Below the pieces are notes generated by a model. It was not told the DNA's origin. It did no database searches and saw nothing but the letters and a program-made list of their open reading frames with translations. Made by a program: the position numbers and the translations under genes. Below, piece by piece: positions 38,364 to 46,468 of a stretch of 52,315 nucleotides of DNA. Where the stretch lies: IMG/VR virus record IMGVR_UViG_3300043174_000068, positions 1 to 52,315 of that record; one strand, written 5' to 3'. Numbering within the stretch: the stretch's first letter is position 1; every line of letters starts with the position of its first letter. The stretch is from a virus (lineage: Duplodnaviria > Caudoviricetes).

Positions 38364-39245
38364 TTAGTGCTCATCAATAATATCTTGAAGTGTTTGCCCT
38401 GGTAACAATAAAGTATGACATCTATACATTTCTAGTGTTGCATAACCTTTACTTACATTATCACTCTCTGGAGTAAATACTCTACATCTAATATACCAAC
38501 CTGGTGGTAAAGCTTCAACTGCTGCACCCTCAGCATTTAATTCATCTCCCATTGGGCAAGTTCCATATAAACGATGATAACTAACATATACTTGATAAGG
38601 AACTATATCATCTCCTGAAAAAGAAAACATTCTGGAATCATTTGTTAAACCAAGAGCTGCTGCAGGAATATTACCAGCTGGATTTGGATAATAACTATTA
38701 GGAGGAACTGCAATTTCAAATCTAGCAAACATTCCCCAAGGAGCATCATAAAAGTAAATTGTTCCATCTTTTAAATATACTGGACAATGAAATTTTAGAA
38801 GCATTTGTTTGCATTTATAACCAGGAGGCATATCTGCTCCATAATACATATTGGTTGTTGAATCAGAAAAATCCCAAGATAATTCTTGACCATGGCAAAT
38901 ATCAGTATCTGAATCTCCTCTCATTGTAAAATAAGTCATTGTATTTAATGGTCTTGTATCAGCTCTAACAATTGGTCTTCCATCTGGCATTCTAGGAGTT
39001 GGGTCCTCTTCCGGCAAAGGTTCTCCAGAATGATTTGCAACAATAGAATCTAAATTGGTTTGATCTATAGAAGATAAAGTATCTTTAAACCATATATCAC
39101 AGTGATCTATACTTACATTTATATAATCTAATGCTGTGATAATTGTAGACGAACTAATTTCAGATGTTAACCTTCCTGGATCAACCACTTTTTCAGTAAC
39201 TGATTTAGTGAAAGAAGAAAAATGGTAGTTATAGTTTACAGACAT
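38364..39245 (-). CDS. Hypothetical virion protein
   Basis: GGAGG RBS; located in the fibre operon. Confidence 0.8.
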   Translation of the reverse strand: MSVNYNYHFSSFTKSVTEKVVDPGRLTSEISSSTIITALDYINVSIDHCDIWFKDTLSSIDQTNLDSIVANHSGEPLPEEDPTPRMPDGRPIVRADTRPLNTMTYFTMRGDSDTDICHGQELSWDFSDSTTNMYYGADMPPGYKCKQMLLKFHCPVYLKDGTIYFYDAPWGMFARFEIAVPPNSYYPNPAGNIPAAALGLTNDSRMFSFSGDDIVPYQVYVSYHRLYGTCPMGDELNAEGAAVEALPPGWYIRCRVFTPESDNVSKGYATLEMYRCHTLLLPGQTLQDIIDEH

Positions 39246-39264
39246 TTCTGTTAATTCCTCCTAG

Positions 39265-42192
39265 TTATGATACTCTATAAAAATCAATTCTAGCATTTCT
39301 AATGGCACAAGCAGCACCAGATGTTACTCTTTTATATTGTATTGAAAATGTTTTATCTGTTCCAGTTAATGAAACAAATCCCATAGCTGCAAATCCAAAA
39401 TAGTTAGTTGAATTATTAGTTTGTTGTAATTGTTCTCCATATACTACAGTATCTGTTGTATTTATAAGTTGAACTGCAACTTGTCTATTATTTGAATCTG
39501 CATTAAATTCAGCTATACCTAATATATAATATGTGCCGCTAGGCAAACCTGATCCAGCAGTTAAGGAAACTTTTGTTTGATATGTGTCGCTTGTAGTAGA
39601 TGATACTCCTAGAGATTCTACATAGGAATGCCCGCCTCCATGTACTGATGAAGTTCCACTTGAACCACTGGTTCCTGAACTACCTGATGTACCACTTGTT
39701 CCATTTATTCCTGATGTTCCTGATGATCCACTGGTTCCAGAACTTCCTGATGATCCTGATGATCCACTAGATCCTGAACTACCAGAAGTCCCCGAAGAAC
39801 CCGAAGTTCCGCTTGAACCTGATGTGCCAGAGCTCCCAGACGATCCAGACGTTCCTGAACTTCCGCTAGTCCCAGAAGATCCTGATGTGCCTGATTCACC
39901 AGACGTTCCCGAAGAACCCGAAGTTCCGCTTGAACCTGAAGTTCCACTACTTCCAGACGAACCCGATGACCCTGAAGTACCTGAACTTCCAGACGACCCA
40001 GAACTTCCAGAAGTTCCTGAAAGTCCACTTGTACCTGAGCTTCCTGATGTTCCGTCATTTCCATTTACTCCTGATGTACCCGAACTACCTGAAGTTCCAG
40101 AAGAACCACTAGTCCCTGAGCTTCCAGATGTTCCGCTAGATCCAGATGTATTAGCTGCTCCAGAAATCGTTAATTTATTAGAAACAACTGAAGTAGTAAT
40201 ACCACTAACTCCAACAATATTTAAAATATCATTTGAAGATTGAGCATTGATAACTCCAGTATCACCTTTAACTTGAGTAAATTTCATTCCTGGAACATAA
40301 GTTGGTACACCTAGTTGAAGTCTTATTTGATCTAAATAGAATCCAACTCCAGCTCCACCATAATAATTAAACATTAAAATTTCTAACTTATCAACTGATT
40401 GACTTGTTAGGCCAAAAGACGATTTTGGTATTGAAATAGTTTGATAAGTTGTAGTATTTGAACTTACAAAACCATTATATCCGTCTAGTATATAAGCATA
40501 ATATCCTTGAGGAGAAGACCCATTCCAAAATCTCAAAGTCATATATTTTCTATTTGCCCAATATGCTTTGGATCTAATATGTAATTCAAGACTATCAACA
40601 GTTGACATACTAATAGGAGATGATGCAGTAAGAGTTACTTTATCTCCTTCAATTGCAGCAGTACCTTCAATATCTTTGGTTCCACTAAATGGATTATTTG
40701 TTGAATTTTTAACAATTCTTGTAGTATTTGATACTGCTGCCCATTCAGTAGGAGTTCCAGCATCTTCCATATATATTGCAACTATAGTAGTACTTGGAGT
40801 ACTTGACCCAGCTGAAACAGTAACAAATGTAATTTCAACTTGAGTTGCTTCATCTATTGAAGGTTTAAGTGGATTAGCAGATGGGGTTCCTGTAATCTTT
40901 CCAATATTACCATTATTATCAGCATAAATAACATCTATTCTATCATTAGTAGGATCAGCAGAATCTAAAGTAATTAAACCTCCAGTACTAGTATAATAAA
41001 TTCCATTTATTAAATATTCAAGAGCGCTTACATCATATGTTAATCCAGAACTCCATGTTGCTCCTCCAGATAGTAATCCATTCCCTCCAGTAAATAAGTT
41101 ATCAACATATGTTTTACTTGCTAATGGAATCCATACTGCTGCTCCAGTAGTATCAACAACCATTTCAAATATTTGATTTGTTGCTGTATTAATCCAATTA
41201 GAACCTATATGGTATCCATCGCCGGAATCATCATTTGCAGTAGGATTAACTGTAGCAGAATAATTATTAAAACTAGAAGTACCAGATGTTCCCGAAGTTC
41301 CATTTGAACCACTAGTTCCTGAACTACCTGAAGTTCCTGAAAGTCCACTTGTACCTGATGTACCCGATGTGCCATTTATACCATCATCCCCTTTTATACC
41401 AAAACAAATAGCACAATCATTCTCAGTTACAAAACCAGAATTACTATCTTCATATGTTACTTGATATTCAACATAACCAGTAGAAATATCGCCAATTAAA
41501 TTTATTGCATCAATATTATAAAATGCAAATCTATCTGGATCATTTTTTTGCTGAATATAAATTCTATCATTAATTTTAACTAAAGTTGTTAAAAAATTTC
41601 CAAGAGGTTTAGAATCATAATCTAGAACATCAACATATATTTCTGTTACTAAAGATAACGTAACACTATTAGTTCTGAAATAACCATCTCCAGGATCAGC
41701 TTGTGTTATAGTGTTATTATATCTCCAGATATTACAGTTAGCACCCTCTTGCCCACTTGTTCCGCTACTACCACTAGTTCCAGATGTACCACTACTTCCA
41801 GATGTTCCAGCATCTCCAGAATAATTTTTCCAGTTACCACTAACTGAATCATATTTTAAAATATCATTATTTTCAGGGGTATCAACATCAAAAATAACTC
41901 TACTGGTTCCATCTGTTCTTGCATATTGTAAGTGATCATCAATATTTAATCCAGAAAGATCTCCATGAGCAATAGATTCTTCTGCACTTTCTATAGGATT
42001 TCCATATTCGTCTTTTACAGTAATCCAACCATTATCAATAGCTAATTGAACATCATCTGAATTTCTAATTAATTCCTGATTGAAATCTTGCTCCAAATCA
42101 TAATTAGTTGTAGGATGTGCATATTCTCTATCGCCTAGATCTGGAAAATCAACTGGATTTTTAGTTCCAGTGGTAGTAATTAAAAATCCCAT
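39265..42192 (-). CDS. Fibre protein 1 with (Gly-Ser/Thr-Ser)n repeats and probable carbohydrate-binding domains
   Basis: Three Gly-X-Y tracts; N-domain shared with 42192-44237; jelly-roll-like central domain ending FYLDQIRL. Confidence 0.8.
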   Translation of the reverse strand: MGFLITTTGTKNPVDFPDLGDREYAHPTTNYDLEQDFNQELIRNSDDVQLAIDNGWITVKDEYGNPIESAEESIAHGDLSGLNIDDHLQYARTDGTSRVIFDVDTPENNDILKYDSVSGNWKNYSGDAGTSGSSGTSGTSGSSGTSGQEGANCNIWRYNNTITQADPGDGYFRTNSVTLSLVTEIYVDVLDYDSKPLGNFLTTLVKINDRIYIQQKNDPDRFAFYNIDAINLIGDISTGYVEYQVTYEDSNSGFVTENDCAICFGIKGDDGINGTSGTSGTSGLSGTSGSSGTSGSNGTSGTSGTSSFNNYSATVNPTANDDSGDGYHIGSNWINTATNQIFEMVVDTTGAAVWIPLASKTYVDNLFTGGNGLLSGGATWSSGLTYDVSALEYLINGIYYTSTGGLITLDSADPTNDRIDVIYADNNGNIGKITGTPSANPLKPSIDEATQVEITFVTVSAGSSTPSTTIVAIYMEDAGTPTEWAAVSNTTRIVKNSTNNPFSGTKDIEGTAAIEGDKVTLTASSPISMSTVDSLELHIRSKAYWANRKYMTLRFWNGSSPQGYYAYILDGYNGFVSSNTTTYQTISIPKSSFGLTSQSVDKLEILMFNYYGGAGVGFYLDQIRLQLGVPTYVPGMKFTQVKGDTGVINAQSSNDILNIVGVSGITTSVVSNKLTISGAANTSGSSGTSGSSGTSGSSGTSGSSGTSGVNGNDGTSGSSGTSGLSGTSGSSGSSGSSGTSGSSGSSGSSGTSGSSGTSGSSGTSGESGTSGSSGTSGSSGTSGSSGSSGTSGSSGTSGSSGTSGSSGSSGSSGSSGSSGTSGSSGTSGINGTSGTSGSSGTSGSSGTSSVHGGGHSYVESLGVSSTTSDTYQTKVSLTAGSGLPSGTYYILGIAEFNADSNNRQVAVQLINTTDTVVYGEQLQQTNNSTNYFGFAAMGFVSLTGTDKTFSIQYKRVTSGAACAIRNARIDFYRVS
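39648..40149 (-). repeat. Longest Gly-Ser/Thr-Ser coding tract (roughly 55 triplets)
   Basis: 9-nt periodic degenerate repeat; Gly at every third residue. Confidence 0.95.
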
Positions 42193-44237
42193 TAGACTCT
42201 CCTTCTAAATAATACCTCAATTAATGGTCTATTAATATTTGTACCTGACATATACATTTGAACTCTATCGCCTGCATTAAAATCAGCATTTATGGTATAG
42301 TCATAGTTAGAATTAGAAGCAGTCATAGATAATGAAGCTAAAACTGTAGCAGCATCATTCCTTCTTATTTGTGCAGTCCATGTCTGTGATGATCCACCAC
42401 TAATTGAAATACCAACTAATGTACAGTCATAAGGTAAAGTATAACCATTTGTATTAGTAGGAACACCATCATAACCGTATAAATATTGGTTAGTTACATT
42501 ATTTGCATTTCTACTTGCTCCAAAATTAATTAATGCTACACCAAGAGTTTTTCCTCTATCAGGATCATCATATACTACTTCATTTGAAGTTGAATCCCAA
42601 TATACTCCATCTGCACTTGTACCTGAAGTACCTGATGAACCAGATGTTCCATTAACACCGGATGTGCCAGAACTTCCAGAAGTTCCGCTTGTTCCATCAA
42701 CACCAGATGTACCAGAACTTCCAGATGATCCGCTAGTTCCTGAACTTCCTGATGTACCAGAACTGCCACTTGAACCTGAAGTTCCAGAACTGCCAGATGT
42801 TCCACTTGATCCTGAACTTCCTGATGTTCCTGATGTTCCTGATGAACCACTAGTACCATTAATACCTGATGTTCCGCTTGAACCAGATGTTCCTGATGAT
42901 CCACTAGTTCCCGAAACACCTGATGTACCTGATGTACCAGCACCACCAACAAAAATAGGAGTGGTTAAATATGATGCATGAGTTACCCCTTCAAAATAGA
43001 AAGTAACATCATTATTTGATGTTGAATCTACATATACTTTCAATCTTAGTCTATCTGTTGAATCCATATCCTCATTTAAAGGTTGAATGACATCCCACTC
43101 AACAACGCCTGCTGAGGTATTACTAAAAATAGATGATTCTCCAGAAGCAATTAAAGTTTCAACATTAGATTGATTTAACTTATAAATCTCAAATTTTAAT
43201 TGAGCATCTGCTGTATCAACTGATGCATAAAATTTAGCAGTCCAAACACCAGCTGGCATCATTTCAATTCCTGGATCTGTTGCAGTTGTATCCCAGGTTG
43301 ATACTAAAGTTTCGCTACTAACATTTGATAAAGTAATTGTATTTTCTGGAAGTTCACCAGGATTCCTTGCTAACAAATAATTGCTTACTGCTGTTTCATC
43401 ATGTAAATAATAAATTGATCCTCTTGGAGTAGCTCCAGAAGTTCCAGAAGTTCCACTTGACCCTGAAGTACCAGAAGTTCCAGAAGTTCCACTTGACCCT
43501 GAAGTACCAGAAGTTCCACTTGACCCTGAAGTACCAGAAGAACCTGATGAACCACTAGTTCCGGATGAACCAGAAGTTCCTGAACTTCCACTTGAACCAC
43601 TTGTACCGGATGTACCGCTCGATCCAGATGAACCAGATGTTCCTGATGATCCACTAGTACCACTTGAACCACTTGTACCTGAACTACCTGAAGTACCAGA
43701 AGAACCTGATGAACCACTGGTCCCTGATGTACCACTTGATCCTGAACTACCTGAAGTACCAGATGAACCAGATGTTCCATCAATACCAGATGTTCCCGAA
43801 GTTCCACTTGAACCACTTGTACCTGAACTACCAGATGTTCCTGATGTTCCTGATGGGCCACCATCTGTGTTGTACCAAACATCTAGAGTACCATCATATC
43901 TAAGAATTTGGTTATTAGTTGGTGCATTAACATCTAATATAACTCTAGATGTTCCATCTGTTCTTGCATACTGTAGGTGATCATCTTCCTCTAAACCTGA
44001 TAAACCACCATGTGCTACTGCTTCGGTTACATCTGTAATTGGATTACTAAATTCGTCAACAACAGTAATATAGTTATTATCAATAGCATATTGAACATCA
44101 TAAGATGCTCTAATCTCTTCTGGTTTATATTCTTGTTCAAGATCATAACTAGTAGTAGGATGTGGATATTCTCTTCTACCCAAATCATTGAATACTACTG
44201 GGTTTTGAACCCCTGTGGTAGTAAATATAAAAGCCAT
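42192..44237 (-). CDS. Fibre protein 2 with (Gly-Ser/Thr-Ser)n repeats
   Basis: Two long tracts; N-domain like fibre 1, middle and C-domains like fibre 3. Confidence 0.85.
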   Translation of the reverse strand: MAFIFTTTGVQNPVVFNDLGRREYPHPTTSYDLEQEYKPEEIRASYDVQYAIDNNYITVVDEFSNPITDVTEAVAHGGLSGLEEDDHLQYARTDGTSRVILDVNAPTNNQILRYDGTLDVWYNTDGGPSGTSGTSGSSGTSGSSGTSGTSGIDGTSGSSGTSGSSGSSGTSGTSGSSGSSGTSGSSGTSGSSGTSGSSGTSGSSGSSGTSGTSGSSGSSGTSGSSGTSGSSGSSGTSGSSGTSGTSGSSGTSGTSGTSGSSGTSGTSGATPRGSIYYLHDETAVSNYLLARNPGELPENTITLSNVSSETLVSTWDTTATDPGIEMMPAGVWTAKFYASVDTADAQLKFEIYKLNQSNVETLIASGESSIFSNTSAGVVEWDVIQPLNEDMDSTDRLRLKVYVDSTSNNDVTFYFEGVTHASYLTTPIFVGGAGTSGTSGVSGTSGSSGTSGSSGTSGINGTSGSSGTSGTSGSSGSSGTSGSSGTSGSSGSSGTSGSSGTSGSSGSSGTSGVDGTSGTSGSSGTSGVNGTSGSSGTSGTSADGVYWDSTSNEVVYDDPDRGKTLGVALINFGASRNANNVTNQYLYGYDGVPTNTNGYTLPYDCTLVGISISGGSSQTWTAQIRRNDAATVLASLSMTASNSNYDYTINADFNAGDRVQMYMSGTNINRPLIEVLFRRRV
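43445..43534 (+). repeat. Three exact copies of the 27-mer CAGAAGTTCCACTTGACCCTGAAGTAC
   Basis: Copies at 43445-43471, 43481-43507 and 43508-43534. Confidence 0.85.
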
Positions 44238-44239
44238 AA

Positions 44240-45886
44240 TTAAAATCTCCTTCTGAAGAATAGAGTTACATGTGGATAGTCTATTGACGTTCCATTACAG
44301 TAAATTTGAACTCTATCTCCAGCATTAAAGTCTAAATCTTTTGTATTATCATAATTTGTATATTGATTAGTTATAGTTAATGAATCTAATACTGTTACAA
44401 CTCCATTTTTTCTAACTTCCGCAGTCCATGTTTGAGTATTTAAATTCTCTGACATAGACATTGCTATTAATGTTGCATCCCAAGGAAGAACAAACCCATT
44501 TAAGTTCCAAGGAGTAGCTCCTTCTCCATATAAGTAAAGATTTGTTGCTGCGTTTGAATTTCTTCCAGCATCTTGTTGAATTATACCAGCACCTAAATTT
44601 TTCATTCTTACTGGATCATAAAAATATAGATCTCCAGAAGTAGAATCAATATAAATATTAGGAGTTAATCCTGAAGTTCCACTTGTTCCATCAATTCCTG
44701 ATGTACCCGATGACCCACTAGTGCCTGAACTTCCAGATGTTCCGCTTGTTCCTGCAGCTCCAACAAATATAGGAGTAGTTAAATATGAAGCATGTTCACT
44801 GCCTTCAAAATAAAAATCTACAGCTATAGTTGAAGTAGAGTCTGTAATAGCATATACTTCATATCTAATTGTACTATCAGGTTCAAAATCTATATCTTGT
44901 GTTTGAGTATAAATCCAATTTAATTGTTGAGGCGAAACAGTTGAAGTAATTTCGGGAGATGTTGAAGTAAGAATTAATACAGATGTTGAATCAGTTACTT
45001 TATATGCTCTAACAGCTAATCTAGTATTATAATCAGCATTGCTTACCACCGCCCAATGAACAAAATTCCAGATTCCAGAATTTAAAACATCTAAATCAGG
45101 ATCACCAGAATTGGTTTCCCAAACATCTAGTAATGTTGCATTTGTAGTATCTACATAATATGTATTAACTACCTCTGGAAGCTGTCCTGGTTCTCTAGCT
45201 AGTAGGTAATAACCACTAGTTGAGGTTTCATCATGTAAATAATATATAGCTCCTCTAGGAGTTATTCCTGATGTTCCACTTGAGCCTGATGAACCGCTTG
45301 TTCCACTTGAGCCAGATGTTCCAGAATCTCCGGATGTTCCTGAAGTACCTGATGTACCAGATTCGCCTGACGAACCACTTGTTCCAGAAGATCCAGATGA
45401 CCCAGAACTGCCGCTGGTACCGGATAAACCTGACGAACCACTTGTTCCCGAACTACCACTAGTTCCTGAAGAGCCTGAGGTACCAGATATTCCAGACGAA
45501 CCTGAGCTTCCTGATGTTCCACTACTTCCGCTAGATCCTGAATTACCTGACGTACCAGAAGAGCCAGAAGTTCCAGACGATCCTGAAGTTCCATCATTTC
45601 CACTAACCCCCGACGTACCAGAAGTACCAGAACTACCACTTGATCCAGAACTTCCTGATGTTCCACTAGTACCAGAAGTACCTTCAATAAACAAATCCCA
45701 GTATGATTGCCAACTAGCTCCTACACCTGGTTCTGTTGTTGAATCTGCACAATGATCTTGAGTACAAACATATACATCACCATTATTCTGAACTAAATCA
45801 TTTACTACATAACATGACCCGTCAGCCCAAGGACCTTGCCAATTAAAAGGTGATCCATCTGACTGAATAATAGTATCTCTTAGCAT
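44240..45886 (-). CDS. Fibre protein 3 with CBM5/12-like N-domain and (Gly-Ser/Thr-Ser)n repeats
   Basis: W.GPW.....Y.VNDLV...G..YVC...H......PG....W...W chitin-binding-type module; two repeat tracts. Confidence 0.85.
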   Translation of the reverse strand: MLRDTIIQSDGSPFNWQGPWADGSCYVVNDLVQNNGDVYVCTQDHCADSTTEPGVGASWQSYWDLFIEGTSGTSGTSGSSGSSGSSGTSGTSGVSGNDGTSGSSGTSGSSGTSGNSGSSGSSGTSGSSGSSGISGTSGSSGTSGSSGTSGSSGLSGTSGSSGSSGSSGTSGSSGESGTSGTSGTSGDSGTSGSSGTSGSSGSSGTSGITPRGAIYYLHDETSTSGYYLLAREPGQLPEVVNTYYVDTTNATLLDVWETNSGDPDLDVLNSGIWNFVHWAVVSNADYNTRLAVRAYKVTDSTSVLILTSTSPEITSTVSPQQLNWIYTQTQDIDFEPDSTIRYEVYAITDSTSTIAVDFYFEGSEHASYLTTPIFVGAAGTSGTSGSSGTSGSSGTSGIDGTSGTSGLTPNIYIDSTSGDLYFYDPVRMKNLGAGIIQQDAGRNSNAATNLYLYGEGATPWNLNGFVLPWDATLIAMSMSENLNTQTWTAEVRKNGVVTVLDSLTITNQYTNYDNTKDLDFNAGDRVQIYCNGTSIDYPHVTLFFRRRF

Positions 45887-45948
45887 TAAATAGTGTCCTC
45901 ATATTCTTTCAAAAATGCAGATCAATGTAGGAATCTCATGATTTATAT

Positions 45949-45959
45949 TTTGTTCTAAA
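45949..45959 (-). promoter_or_regulatory. Putative late promoter motif TTTAGAACAAA
   Basis: Exact consensus upstream of the fibre operon. Confidence 0.65.
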
Positions 45960-45979
45960 TTTCTAGATGAATTAAACCG

Positions 45980-46468
45980 TTATAAAATGTCGATAGACTT
46001 GAGATATTCCATTGATTTCTCTTTATTTTTCAAAAACATATCAAAATCAAAGAAATATACCCCATTATTCTTTTTTAGAATCTGTTCCCCCAACCAAAGG
46101 TATTGATAGATAGAATCTAATATAGCTTGGTTTTCATCTTTAGAATGTAACCTCATGAGTTTTGATCTGAATGTATCGGGAATATTTCTAACTATAACTA
46201 GCCACTTTATAGAATAATTAACGTTTGTAAAGTAAGAATCTATAAGCATTAAATCTGGGTATAATCCTGCATGTGGTATACTCCGTCTAAATACTACTTT
46301 CTCAACTTCATCTGGTACTACTTCCCTAATATCACATCCTTCAACAAATCTGTCTAGCTCTTGAGCATGAGCCCATTGTCCCCAATAACCATTCTCTATT
46401 AAGAATTGAGTTGTGCCTCTTGTACCAGAACTTTCAGGCCCAAGAACAAAAACAAGTTTCTTTCTCAT
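45980..46468 (-). CDS. Sulfotransferase-like P-loop protein
   Basis: VFVLGPESSGTR (5'-phosphosulfate-binding-loop-like) and LVIVRNIPDTFRS (3'-phosphate-binding R...S-like); 4-nt overlap with the upstream glycosyltransferase gene. Confidence 0.6.
   Translation of the reverse strand: MRKKLVFVLGPESSGTRGTTQFLIENGYWGQWAHAQELDRFVEGCDIREVVPDEVEKVVFRRSIPHAGLYPDLMLIDSYFTNVNYSIKWLVIVRNIPDTFRSKLMRLHSKDENQAILDSIYQYLWLGEQILKKNNGVYFFDFDMFLKNKEKSMEYLKSIDIL

Noticed and set aside
39648-45683. Repeat tracts as a CRISPR array or DGR template/variable repeat
   Set aside because: Degenerate in-frame coding triplets with no constant repeat plus unique spacer, no adenine-specific divergence and no reverse transcriptase gene
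39705-45687. Alternative-frame and antisense ORFs over the repeats (PELPDVP-rich and QEVLVHQ-rich translations)
   Set aside because: Shadows of the 9-nt periodic Gly-Ser/Thr code, which lacks stop codons in other frames; no RBS or independent domains
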